NCBI GenBank assembly: GCA_002269645.1
Contig: NIVC01002548.1
Location: 98,269-162,268 of the forward strand
Reading direction: 5' to 3'
DNA length: 64,000 nucleotides
Origin: Macrostomum lignano
Lineage: Eukaryota
The translations under genes and the position numbers were made by a program. This document shows positions 46,329 through 59,573 of the stretch, one piece after another (positions within the stretch are counted from its first letter, which is position 1; the number at the start of each line of letters is the position of its first letter). Below the pieces are notes generated by a model. It was not told where the DNA came from and made no database searches. It saw nothing but the letters and a program-made list of their open reading frames with translations.

Positions 46329-49300
46329 GAGAGTCAATCAGAGGAGAGTAGAACCCGAGGCCAGCTCAAGCCTCTCAGACTCGCCCTGGCAGACTGGAAT
46401 GTGTTCCCTGAGACCACCGTGTTGGCACCTCAGCAGGCTGAGGGAGTTGTGTGCAACTGGCTGCAGACCACAGCTGCCCAGATGAAGCTGCTGGATGACG
46501 AATCCAGACTCTACGGCAAGGTGATCTTCGATCCGCTGGGTGAGTCCTGCCGTGGGACCCTGGCTTGTGAGCCGCTGACATGAGTAGTGAGGGCTGTGTG
46601 TGGACTGGATAGTGAGGGCTGAGTGTGGACTGGATAGTGAGGGCTGAGTGTGGACTGGATAGTGAAGGCTGGTTGAGGACTGAATAGTGAGGGCTGAGTG
46701 TGGACTGGATAGTGAGGGCTGAGTGTGGACTGGATAGTGGGGGCTGTGTGAGGACTGGATAGTGAGGGCTGAGTGTGGACTGGATAGTGAGGGCTGTGTG
46801 AGGACTGGATAGTGAGAGCTGTGTGTGCAGTGTAACTGGATAGTGAGGGCTGTGTGTGCAGTGTAACTGGATAGTGAGGGCTGTGTGTGCAGTGTAACTG
46901 GATAGTGTGGATCGGGTCTCTGACCTTCAAATATCCCTCCTCCCAAAGGTGAGCTGTACGACTTTGAGATCTCAACTCTGAGTTCGAAGATGCTCAGCCC
47001 GGGCTTCGGGAACTGGATGAGCACCCTGGCCAGTGGCGAGGTGCTGCTGGACATTGTGAACTGCCTCATCGACCACTGCCTGCCGGCCGCGGTTGGGAGA
47101 AATGAGGCTGGGAACATCTTCGAGGTGAGGGCTGTCTTGACAGGCTGCGACAGGTGGGACAATGCCTGTGACAGCTGGGGACACTGTCTGTGACAGGTAG
47201 GGACACTGTCTGTGACAGGTGGGGACACAGGTGGGGACACTGTCTGTGACAGGTATGGACACTGTCTGTGACAGCTGGGGACACTGTCTGTGACAGGTAG
47301 GGACACTGTCTGTGACAGCTGGGGACATTGTCTGTGACAGGTAGGGACACTGCCTGTGACAGGTGGGGACACTGTCTGTGACAGGTAGGGACACTGTCTG
47401 TGACAGCTGGGACAATGCCTGTGACAGCTGGGTACACTGTCTGTGACAGGTGGGACAAGCCTGTGACAGGTGGGACAAGCCTGTGACAGGTGGGACAAGC
47501 CTGTGACAGGTGGGTACACTGTCTGTGACAGGTGGGGACACAGGTGGGGACACTGCCTGTGACAGGTGGGGACACAGGTGGATTTCAATGCTGTCAAGGC
47601 ATTCTCAAGCATCCCAGAACGCCTCGAAATCCTGCAGATCATCACAGCCGAGCCGCTGAAGAAGGTCCGGTTGCTGGACGTCGCCCCCAACCAGCTGGCG
47701 GCCTGCATGTTTCTTGGAAACCACAACCGGCTGATTGACGATTTTCTGGACCCCCTGCTGGCCTCCGTGCGGGACATCGGGCTGCCGCCTCCAGGAGAGA
47801 AGCCGGGAACTGCGGGGAACATCCGGCAGGCCCTGCACCTCATTCGCCCCGTGGGACACAACCTGCTGCGGAGCTGCCACTCGACTAGGGTGAGAGTCAG
47901 ATTGCAGATCCCAGATCCCAGATCGCAGATCCCAGATCGCAGATCCCAGATCGCAGATCCCAGATCGCAGATCCCAGATCGCAGATCCCAGATCGCAGAT
48001 CCCAGATCGCAGATCCCAGATCGCAGATCCCAGATCGCAGATCCCAGATCGCAGATCCCAGATCGCAGATCCCAGATCGCAGATCCCAGATCGCAGATCC
48101 CAGATCGCAGATCCCAGATCGCAGATCCCAGATCGCAGATCCCAGATCGCAGATCCCAGATCGCAGATCCCAGATCGCAGATCCCAGATCGCAGATCCCA
48201 GATCGCAGATCCCAGATCGCAGATCCCAGATCGCAGATCCCAGATCGCAGATCCCAGATCGCAGATCCCAGATCGCAGATCCCAGATCGCAGATCCCAGA
48301 TCGCAGATCCCAGATCGCAGATCCCAGATCGCAGATCCCAGATCGCAGATCCCAGATCGCAGATCCCAGATCGCAGATCCCAGATCGCAGATCCCAGATC
48401 GCAGATCCCAGATCGCAGATCCCAGATCGCAGATCCCAGATCGCAGATCCCAGATCGCAGATCCCAGATCGCAGATCCCAGATCGCAGATCCCAGATCGC
48501 AGATCCCAGATCGCAGATCCCAGATCGCAGATCCCAGATCGCAGATCCCAGATCGCAGATCCCAGATCGCAGATCCCAGATCGCAGATCCCAGATCGCAG
48601 ATCCCAGATCGCAGATCCCAGATCGCAGATCCCAGATCGCAGATCCCAGATCGCAGATCCCAGATCGCAGATCCCAGATCGCAGATCCCAGATCGCAGAT
48701 CCCAGATCGCAGATCCCAGATCGCAGATCCCAGATCGCAGATCCCAGATCGCAGATCCCAGATCGCAGATCCCAGATCGCAGATCCCAGATCGCAGATCC
48801 CAGATCGCAGATCCCAGATCGCAGATCCCAGATCGCAGATCCCAGATCGCAGATCCCAGATCGCAGATCCCAGATCGCAGATCCCAGATCGCAGATCCCA
48901 GATCGCAGATCCCAGATCGCAGATCCCAGATCGCAGATCCCAGATCGCAGATCCCAGATCGCAGATCCCAGATCGCAGATCCCAGATCGCAGATCCCAGA
49001 TCGCAGATCCCAGATCGCAGATCCCAGATCGCAGATCCCAGATCGCAGATCCCAGATCGCAGATCCCAGATCGCAGATCCCAGATCGCAGATCCCAGATC
49101 GCAGATCCCAGATCCCAGCGCACGCCTCTCCCACAGGAGTGGACCTGGAAGGCGCTGATGTTGCTGGTGCTCATCCTGATGGCGCTGTGCGGCAGCCTGA
49201 CCGCAGAGCAGGAACACCTGTTCAGCTGCCTCACCGGGGAGTTCGATGCCTCCCAGCTGGTTGTCCCGGAGCTGCAGCTCGCGCTGAGCGCCATCCAGCA

Positions 49301-49436
49301 GGCCGCCAAAGGGATCACCGTGGCGGAGCAGCCCTCGGTGCAGGAGCTGCGGTGGGCGCTGCCGTACAGGCGGGTGATGAAGCAGGGCCCCATCGAGTTC
49401 CAGAGCGTCCTGCTTCGGGACTTCGAGCTGGAGTGA
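46203..49436 (+). CDS. Uncharacterised protein with a divergent calponin-homology-like domain (4 exons)
   Basis: Exons 46203-46539, 46949-47124, 47578-47889, 49137-49436 splice in frame. EGVVCNWLQ / TLASGEVLLDIVNCL / VRLLDVAPNQL...GNHNRLIDDFLDPLL echo CH helices (inference); hydrophobic ALMLLVLILMALCG near the C-terminus. Confidence 0.75.
46585..46910. repeat. 25-bp minisatellite, intron 1 of the CH-like gene
   Basis: Unit GATAGTGAGGGCTGAGTGTGGACTG. Confidence 0.9.
47140..47577. repeat. 22-23-bp minisatellite, intron 2 of the CH-like gene
   Basis: Unit GACACTGTCTGTGACAGGT(A/G)GG. Confidence 0.9.
47904..49118. repeat. 14-bp perfect tandem repeat (GCAGATCCCAGATC), about 86 copies, intron 3
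   Basis: Essentially invariant dimer of two heptamers; explains the 959-, 530-, 509- and 523-aa repeat ORFs. Confidence 0.97.
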
Positions 49437-49611
49437 CCGAGCTCACGGGTCCCGAGATCCCGAATCAAAGTTTTGATCCCAATGGCTCTGAATTGAGGAA
49501 CTTGGTTCGATTCAAATTTCTGAAAATAAACTTAAAATATAAACACGATTTTGACTTGTCTTTGTCAAAGCGAATAGTTATTGAATGTCAATGATCTTGA
49601 TGATCTGCGGT

Positions 49612-50095
49612 TTCTAATATGGCGCCCCCGATTTCTAATATGGCGCCCCCAATTTCTAATATGGCGCCACCGATTTCTAATATGGCACCCCCAATTTCTA
49701 ATATGGCACCCCCGATTTCTAATATGGCGTCCTCCGCCAATTTCTAATATGGCGCCTCCCGATTTCTAATATGGCGCCCTCCAGTTTCTAATATGGCGTC
49801 CTCCGCCAATTTCCAATATGGCGCCTCCCGATTTCTAATATGGCGCTCCCGATTTCTAATATGGCGCCCCCGATTTTTAAAATGGCGCCCTTCCCCGATT
49901 TCTAAAATGGCGTTCTCCGCCAATTTCTAAATGGCGCCTTCCCCAGATTTCTAATATGGCGTCCCCGATTTCTAATATGGCGTCTCCGATTTCTAATATG
50001 GCGCCTCCGATTTCTAATATGGCGTCCACGATTTCTAATATGGCGCCTCCGATTTCTAATATGGCGCCCCCCCATTTTCTTTAATATCGCGCCCC
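49612..50095. repeat. 19-21-bp degenerate minisatellite (GATTTCTAATATGGCGCCCCC)
   Basis: Visible repeated TTTCTAATATGGCG core. Confidence 0.9.
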
Positions 50096-50675
50096 CGACT
50101 ATATGAAAGTTTTGAGTTTCTAGTGAAAACTTTTCAAAATTGAAAAACTTTTATTCTTCAAACGTAATCCGAGTTTTTGCAAAGAAATTTCCAGAATATT
50201 CTGCAGAGGCTGGGGCTTACGTTAGTGGAGTCTCGCAGTGGGTAACAAATACAGCGAGCCAATGCTTCATCAGCCAGATTGTCAGCTCATTTTGCTTTTG
50301 TCTTTCAAATCTGTCAAGCTAGCCTGTAATTAACCTGTCACTATGAGCACCGCCTACTCGACAAAGCCGTTGTCAACTGTCTCGCAATTGCCCCCTGGCA
50401 ATGAGGCGCCTATACTGTAAGATCGCCCACATTTTAAGTCGATTCGCATTATTCAACCATTTTTCCTCCTGCATTCCTCCTGCTCACTAAATTCCAGATG
50501 TAAAAATTTGTTTACGCAATCCGCATCCTTTATAGAAGCCACCCGGATATGCAGCGGATGTATTGTTATTATAAATACGGACCGGTAAATCCGCCGTAGG
50601 TCTTTAAAACAGTCGATCTGACGCTCATAGTCTTGAAAATTTTCTGAGAAACCAGCGATTGTTTACACCGAGACC

Positions 50676-51254
50676 ATGCAGCCACTGGTTCGGCTGACTG
50701 CCATTGGCGCACTGTTGGCAGTCTGTCTGGCTGTCACCTGCATCGGCAGCCCTGCTGGCACGATTGATGAAGATGCCTATGCAGCTGAGGATAATTATGC
50801 CCGTGACTTGGAGGATATGGACGAGGACAAACGGAGTTTAGCGTTCAAAGACAATGCTGACTATGGGCGAAGGCCTGAGCTGCAGTCTGGAGAGGAGGTG
50901 AGATGCACGTTTAATTATAGTTTAACTAAATTTATATTGTTGATGTCAAGGCATCTGAGCTCGTCCGTCAGAATGAGTCCACAGACACTCATCTGAGTCT
51001 GTCAGAATGAGTCCACAGACACTGATCCGAGTCAGTCAGAATGAGTCCATAGCCATGGATGAAGGAATCATCCTTCCTTCATCCATGTCCAGGCATAGCA
51101 CACTGTCATGATTTCAATACTTAGTTTTGTTCATATATTTATGTTTCAAACATTTAAAATTTTACAGCCAATTCAAAAGTCTCCATCTGCCAAATGGTTC
51201 ATCAGACACCACATCTCTTCTCGAGCTTCGCGGCGCGGTGGCTGGGGTCGTTAA
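50676..51254 (+). CDS. Neuropeptide precursor candidate (102 aa, 2 exons)
   Basis: Exon 1 50676-50897 (signal peptide, acidic spacer, KR-SLAFKDNADY-G-RR), phase-0 GTGAG donor; exon 2 51168-51254 after TTTTACAG ends ...SRASRR-GGW-G-R*. Confidence 0.75.
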
Positions 51255-51645
51255 AATACTGAATCTTTCCCATTATGTATGCATGTACACGTATGTGCGT
51301 CGTAAAGGTGCCCATTAAGACGATCAGGAACTTTTGAAAACTTTGGACTTACATGCATATATATCTCACAGGAAACGTGCATGTCATGTAAGACGAACAT
51401 TATGCACTGTTGTTTTAGTAGCGAGCCATATGCTATTACCTGATCTCACCTATAATCGTGTTATCCTCCTTAATATTAAATGCAACGAAAACTATATCAA
51501 TTGTTGTTAAAGTGTTTTGTCACCTTCGAGGATTAAAACTGCTGGTCTGTCGTTTTTATTATTGTATGAAGGAAACTTAATAATCGAACCTTTGCTTGGA
51601 TTTCCTTTCAAAACCATGCAGTCTTCCGTTGTTTCTCACTCACTC

Positions 51646-51868
<223 letters not shown>

Positions 51869-54800
51869 AGACATTTTTTAAATATATATAGTATGATACT
51901 TTGATCGAGAAATACAAGTTTCTCTCGCGGTGTCGCGTTTAATTACTAGAAAAGACAGAAAGGCACAGACAGACAGACAGACATGTAAAAGATACATGTA
52001 CATCTTGTAATAAATGTAGCAATTAAGTAATGCAATGAGTATTAGGACTAAAACAATTCCCTGAGATTTGTTGCTCATACTTGCGGCTAACATGCAACTA
52101 GCTTCAAATTCGGGAACTTGGAATGTCAAACTTTGCAATCTAAATGATACGGAGGATGTTCCCAGTCTTCAATTATTGTTCTTGAAAAAAATTATGGACA
52201 TATGTTCGGTCTTTTCTTTCAAGCTGTCGTACAATATTTGCCATTAAAAATAAAAGTCTAAGGCCCACAGAAATATGACCACATTGTCATAAATTGTCGA
52301 CTTATCGTTGATCGATCGTTATATCACAAGTTGTATTTTTGCAACAATTTAAAAACCCACTTTTCGGATATTCTTTCGAATAATTGCCAGCAATCCTTTC
52401 ATCTGATTTTTTTGTCTGATTAATACATATAAACTTATTTTTATCACCTACGAATTCAAGTGATACCATACTTGTCTTTTAATTCCTTACTTAAATACTT
52501 CTTGCTTTGTTTGCCGTTAAAGATTTTTGAAGTTTCGTAGAAAAAAAATTGGCGCCCTTTCAAATACTATATTATTGTAAAACTCGCCGCACAGGGGTCG
52601 TTCTCAAAGCTAGGTCACAACTTTTTGTTATTGCAAAAAAAGTTTATACATCGACCAATAATCGTACAAAAAAAATTATTTCGACAATTTCTGTAAGAAG
52701 CTGCTACTAAAACCACAAGAAAACTTGAAATTGAGAAGAAATCAAGGCTATTTGTTATTCTTTGTTGCGGAAAATAAACGACAAAAATATTAAAGAGAAA
52801 ATAAAATTTTCTTCTATTTTTATTTTAAATATGCAGTTAAATTTCTTTTGCAAAAATAAAAGAACAAGAAATTGACAAAGGAAATGTTTTTGAGCACAGC
52901 ATTTTGTTACTCTGCTCTAAATCCCAGACATTTAAAATTATCGTGTGCGAAAAAGTGCGAAATTATTATAGCATGCACTCGAAAGGACTTCGATCAGTTT
53001 AACTAATCACTGAATTAAGAAGTCTAAATAAGTCTTGAAAAGTTGAATTAAAAATCAAGTTTTCACTATGTATCTTTTCAAAGTCAAGATGATTCGACAA
53101 ATAAAGAATGTTCATTTTTACGGTGAATAGAATTGTTCATTTTTACATTAAATATAATAAAATCTAACTAATAATAGAAAAAGTCAGGGAACTATCCTTG
53201 AACACCAAAAAGCACATTGTGGATTTAATATCAACTGCATGTTCCTTAATAAAGGAATTCGGATTCTAGTATATATTTGATTATTTGTAGCATAATTTCT
53301 GAAAACTATAACTTGCTTGATTTTACTTTAAGTACTTATTACATTAATACTTATACCAAAGCTGCATGTACTTAAAATAAAAAATTATAGTTACTTATTA
53401 GACATTTTACTCCAATTAACTTAAAATAATTCAAATTTATTTTAATCAATTCATTTTTTGAAACTTTTTGGAAAATAGACAAAATTGAATTATTTAATTA
53501 CCAAAAACCTACTAGCTTAACTAAAATAGCAGTTAGTCTTTAAAAAAAGATTTCACTTGTTAATTGAGAAAAATGAGGGTGTGCGAGGTGTAAAAATGCG
53601 AAAGAGCATGCAGGAAACAGAGACAAACAAAAATGTAGGTAAAAGACACTGCACATGCACATAATATGATAACCAGACATAATGCGCACACTGAAACACC
53701 AGTAGCAATGACGCCCAAGCTTTTGATGATCACAAGCGAAAAGGCAAAACCCAGCCATCAATCAAAGAAGTAGACTATAGCACGCATCTTGAGTGCATCA
53801 CGCATTTTTTGCAGAGAAGCTCGAAAATTAACATTGTATTCTGTGCACAACCACCAACTGCGACAGGGTCTGCCGGGGGATTTGTGGGCACGCGGTCGCG
53901 GATACAAATCGGAGGAGTCGCTGACCATTCTGAAATTACTAGCTAGTACATGTAATTTTGTGTATTAATATATTTAGCCCGCTTTATTTCTATGCTCTCG
54001 TCCGCCTCTCGTTAATGCATCCCCAGACTCATGGAATAATCAAACTTATGATCGAACTATGCATGGCTTCCGTCCCTCGCTTTGAATCTCTCACCTCCCC
54101 ATAGTTCCATCAACCTTACCGTAGTGGCTTCCTATGCAAAAATCATCCCTCCGCATCTTACACAGGCTACTTCAGGCTGTAGACTGTACTACACTATTAA
54201 TTAGTTGCGCTAAGGAATCTACATGTATTTTGCTCGCAGCGCAACGCGCTGCTCAAAGAAGTTTAGATCTATCTAGATATTCTAGTAATTTCAGGTTTGT
54301 CCATAGACTAGAGCTCATGAGATGAGAATTCCATTAACTAGTACATTTAATATGAATGAACTGCGTGTGTGTGTGCTGTGCATACATATGTATAATATAC
54401 GAGTAGTTTATGGGCCAAATTATTGTGTGGCACAATTCTTGGCATCACTCAGCAGGCACAAGATGCAGTTAAGCAGCGCACGAAAATTCTACAAAAGAAA
54501 TTGAGCCTGGTTGAGGTGATGCGAGGAGGCAGATCCACACAATCTCAGTGAATACACCAGACTGCACCAGATACGAGTCCAGTCGAATGTGCGCACTGGT
54601 CTAAGCAGCACACGCATGTCCTTCTGACAATGACGGCACCTAGCTTCGTCCAAGCCTTTGCCAGCGTCACTGACAGCGTCAATACTACCATGCAGTGCCA
54701 CCTGCAGCACCGACAACGGCAATTCCTCCAGTTAGCCCACAACAGTGGCTAAACTGAGGGACATGGAACCTACCCGCAGAAGACACACACATACACACAC

Positions 54801-56544
54801 AGCACCGGCAGCAGCACTCTGACAGCATAACCTAAAGCTCCATGAGCTCAGTTTTCAAGCATTGAAGAAGCAGAAGCAGTCATCTTGAATCCAGGGATCA
54901 GGAAGAGTGTTGCATGTCCGACATGTGCTGTTTCCGTGGCAAAAGGTGATGGAGCAAATTAATCAACACTTACTATCTAGCTCGTATTAAGACTAAAAAA
55001 CTGAGGCAAGCTGGGATTAAACCAAAGAAAATTTTTTACTATACTTTTTTACCATGTACTTTTACTATACTTCTATAGTATAGTAGAGAGGTACTCTATT
55101 TAAATGCAGTAAGAAGTGAAACAAATTTATATATTTAATTATTAAAATTAAATTAATTCAAGGTAAATAACTAATTTAACCAATTTATTAGAAGTATTTA
55201 ATATTTTAATAAATTGATTTTTATACCTTACACGAAATAAGCTCTACATTCATTTCTTAGCTTGGGGCCCATCTGTATAAGGTCAGTTTCTTCAAAATGC
55301 TGATTAATTAATTAAGGCCTGTTGTCTTTACTTAAATTTATAAGGGCATCTTAGAAGTTAATATTACTATATAATACATGTATAATATTATTACTATATT
55401 ATAATAATATAGTTGCAATTTTAATGACTATTGAATAAGTCTAAATGCTTCCCCTATTGACTCTAAATATATGGTATCTTTACCTTCAGAAAAAATTAGC
55501 ATAGAATGACTTGATGAAAACAAAAAAAATCATTTCGAGATACACATTTGCTGATCATTCAGGTCAAATTTCAAGGTCCAGTTTTGCACATGTTTCTCTG
55601 TAGCTTGGTTACAAGGATTTTAATAAAAATATAATAAATATGTCCAATGTACTAACTGATACATAGCCAAATTGAAGTATTTTCAAAAACAAAAAAAATC
55701 ATTTGCTCAGTTTACTTTACTGGATATCTGTGTAAAATTTCAGCTCAAAAGGTGCTCCATGGAGAATGCTAGTGTGGTTACAGGATATTTATTTTGTGCT
55801 TCAAAGTAGGAGTTTATTGCGATGCATGGTTGCTTTTAATTATTTTTATCAACAATAGTGCTCTATTTCATAACAATTTTTTACAAAAAGATAAAAAGAC
55901 ATGTTTTTCTAATTATCTGCATCAAAATGTATCATTTTAAGCGCACATTCTAGACGTCAGCTGAAAAAATACATTTTGTGAGACGCAAAGAGGCTATCCC
56001 ACCGGAAATTCTAGGCGTACAGTTAAGCGTCTATAAAATCATTTATAGTGCAGTTTATTGAGCTTTAAAAAAATCCTAAATTAAATTTATATAAGCTTTA
56101 ATTTTAAATGTAATATAGCAAGGTTTCAACACAACAACAACTTTTTTTTAGCTACAGACATCTTGTAGTACCAAAAATTAACATCGGTGAAATGATTGAA
56201 TTTGAATTTTTTCATCGCTAATTATCGCTTAATACCGCCAGATGATTAAAAAACACTTTTGCATGATAAAGTTTAACCCAAAAATTATCTTTATTCACAG
56301 ATAAAAGTGTCCTATTATTTTCAATATGGCAGTAACAATAGTAAATGTTCGGAAAATTGTTAAAATTTTTGCTCCTCCTAGAATTTGCGAACGACCCACA
56401 TGTGATCCCATTCTATCGAAATAATATTAATATTAAATACACTGACTATACTGGCCAAACAGGCTTCTTGCCTGAGCCAAATTACTACTACTACTTACTA
56501 CTACTACTCTTCGAATATTGACCTCCTAATCTTAAAAATACACA

Positions 56545-56797
56545 GGGCCTTTTCATATTGCTTGCTCTGGTTCCAGAACCAGAACCAATTTGTGAAGTAT
56601 AACTTTTTGTCTCCATAACTAGAGGGAGATACGTGCTATAAAGTTCTTATTATTGAATGAAAATCGCCAAGAAGAAAGTGAAAAATTGTGCTAAGTTAGG
56701 TTGTTAAGGCAGTCAAATATTAACAGAGTTTAATAGTTATACTGCTGTTTTTCTTGGAATTCCGAACCGATTCTGGTTCGGTAATATGAAAAGGCCC
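56545..56797. mobile_element. Small TIR element (GGGCC-ended, Harbinger-like)
   Basis: GGGCCTTTTCATATT mirrors AATATGAAAAGGCCC; possible 3-bp TSD ACA. Confidence 0.5.
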
Positions 56798-58149
56798 ACA
56801 GAAATATATTGGCCAAACAGACTTGTCATTACTTACTTAGATTAGGCCTTATTCTCATAAGCACTGCAATTTGGTACTTAATTCGAATGACCCAGATTAA
56901 GTTTTGACGTGTTGGATTTTATTTTATTATAGCTAAGACTAGCCGCCTCGGCCCTAGGCTTGGCTATGTTTGCTGATTTCTAGCTATGCTTCCATTGACT
57001 AGGCCTATGCTATTGTTGGGCTTGGGCTTGGGGCTTGGGGGCTTAGGGGCAGGGCCGATGTGACGATGTCTTTTCGCCGATGTGACGTGCACCCAGGGCT
57101 ATCTAACTGATTTGTCTAGGCCTATGCCATTGCTGCAGCACTTGGTTTTCTAATTTTTAGTCAGGTGTAATACTAATTAGACCTAGGCCCTATTAATTAA
57201 TCCAATTTATTTAGGGTCAACTTTTCTCTTGTCTAGCCAAATTACAGGCCTAGCCAAAAACTGATTATGAATCGTTGTCTAAGTTTAGAAGTTTTTTATT
57301 TAAAACAAATTTAAAAGTATTTTTATTTTGTTAAGCCCACGCTGCCCACCCTAATTCAATTTTTTCTTTTTATTATAGCCTAGTTAGGGGCTAGGGCCTT
57401 TAATGTCTTGGCTAGACCCTACTAGCTTCCTAGACACTGTCATCTTATATTTTTGTAGACCTAATCTACTTTGAAGTAGATCTTGCCAATTAGGCTTAGA
57501 TAAAAAGCATAGGGGGGAGGGGCTAAAATACACATTTAGGATTTGTTCTTAAATTTAGGTAAAATGCCCAGGCCTAGCCTATGATAGTATATATCTACAC
57601 AGGAAAATTCTGGTATACAGAGGGACTTAGAGTATACTAAACACTATTGGTATACAAATTGGTATATAGAGGAGACTGGCATGCCTTCTTGCTCTTAGTA
57701 GGCCTAAATAGCTTAGCATACAAAGATTGCCAAGATAGGCCTAGCAAATAAGACCAACATTCTGAATCCTAATCAAACTATATAGCTAGCTTACAAAAAT
57801 GAGTAAGTTTATATTTTTATAGTCTTCATATATATAGAGTAGCTAAATTAAATTTTGTTATAAAGAATAGCTTTTAGCATTCTTAAAAAACAAAATTTAA
57901 AAAATCTTTAACTTTTTCTAAGAAATAAAAATAAACAAAACTGGGCCCTATTTAAAATAAACTAGTTCTTTATGGTTAAGTAAAAGGTCTATTAGTTTTT
58001 ACTAATCATTTTTTCAATATTAAAATTTTGCAAGTCATTAAATATTGGTTATAGTTAGTTTTTTTTGGCATACTTTTATATATAATAAGTCTGCTGATAT
58101 ACATCCCTATAGGAAAATGTTATAAAACTGTGGATGGTATCCAGTGGCA

Positions 58150-58430
58150 ATGGCTAGAGTCCTGGCATCAGAACCCATTTTCAAAAGGCTATAGATCTAG
58201 CAATAATATTCTAGTAGTGCAATTTATGGGTATAATATAGTAGAAACATTTTACTTTTTAATGGGTGGTTGATATTAAGATTTTGTTCAAGATAAGATTG
58301 AAACAAAATGGTGAAATTCAAAATAGGATACTTCTAATGTTCAAAGAATTAATTATTTGATAACTGACTACAGAATATTGCTAGATCCATAGCCATTAGA
58401 AAACAGGTTCCGGTGCTAGAACTCTAGCCT
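58150..58430. repeat. Long imperfect inverted repeat (MITE-like)
   Basis: GGCTAGAGTCCTGGCATCAGAACC...GCTATAGATCTAGCAATA mirrored by TATTGCTAGATCCATAGC...GGTTCCGGTGCTAGAACTCTAGCC. Confidence 0.6.
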
Positions 58431-58981
58431 TTATTAAAATTTAAGTGTCTAAGAGTTGCTGAAAAAGTAATTTCTGCTATATATACATGTATTTTGTTTT
58501 GCATAAGCAGTAAATCAAAGGTTAAAAAGTGAGTTTTAGATATACAAAACTTTGTTTTTCTGAATTCTAATTTTGGAAAATTTCAATTTTGATTTTGATT
58601 TCAATAGAAAATGCAATGCTCTTTTGGAACATCTATAATAATGCTACAGTGCAGTAAAATAATTTGACTCTATTCTAGAGCACGCATCTGCAGGTTTTCA
58701 ACATTTATTCCAAAAGGGGTATACATTGGCATATATGAGCTAGGAAAACAATTTTCATTCAGTGGTACATAGGTATACAATCCTAAGCTTGGGCCACAGC
58801 AAATGATAAGAAATATCATTCTCAGATAGTATTTTCTGATTAATTATGAAAGTGTGAGTGCTAGATAGATATTCTTTGTTTCTATGATTAGCAAGGACCT
58901 CTATATTATACAACTAGGCCTATTGTAGTTTCAATTTATAAATGCTATTGCATGTAAGTATAAATAAAAACTGAGGCTAAA

Positions 58982-59573
58982 CCCTATTGGAATAAATGTT
59001 AAAAACCCGCAGACGTGCGCTTTAGAAAAAAGTCAAACTATTTTACCGCGCTTTAGGATTATTAGAGATGTTCCGAAAGATCTACAGTTTCGTCGAAATC
59101 AAAATTCACTAACTTTCCAAAATCAAAATTGAAATTTCCCGAAATCATAATTTAGAAAAACAAAGTTTAGTATGATCAACACTCACTTTTTTACTTTCAA
59201 TTTACTGCTTAAGCAAAAAGTAATACATGTATATGTAGTAGAAAGTAGTTTATTTTTAGCGACTTTTTAGACACTACCAAAATTTTCACTTCTAAATTTT
59301 ATTTCGAAATTGAAATTCGCTCTAAAAAATTTCAAATTTTGGAAAATTGAAATTAAATTTTCGGAACATCTCTAAGCTTAATAAATTACGAGTGTATAAG
59401 CCCCTTCAACAGAGGTATTATACCCATTTCCATGTATATGTATTTGCTAGAGCAGCAGCCAGTAAGAAAGGGCAGCGCGCGCAGGCGCTGCGCCTGTGCG
59501 CGTGCTGCGCTTTAGAAAAATTTCAAAAGTGCGCCGGACGCCGTCCGCGGTTTTACAACTTTTTCCTATAGGG
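58982..59573. mobile_element. CCCTAT-ended TIR element, 8-bp TSD (same family as 17679-18923)
   Basis: Ends CCCTATTGGAATAAATG / CTTTTTCCTATAGGG; TSD AGGCTAAA at 58974-58981 and 59574-59581; shared subterminal AAAAGTGCGCCGGACGCCGTCCGCG. Confidence 0.85.

Noticed and set aside
46338-49217. 959-aa and other long ORFs (GSAIWDLRSGICDL, RSQIADP), plus the CGAKMN, GNSQWETL, PQ, SP and AG ORFs elsewhere
   Set aside because: Translations of stop-free tandem repeats, most of them inside introns of independently supported genes.
54489-54760. F-box-like LEELPLSVL ORF
   Set aside because: In-frame stop just upstream, weak motif, no further domain support.
58105-58120. Additional CCCTATAGGAAAATG terminus
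   Set aside because: No matching opposite end or TSD found; probably an orphan fragment.
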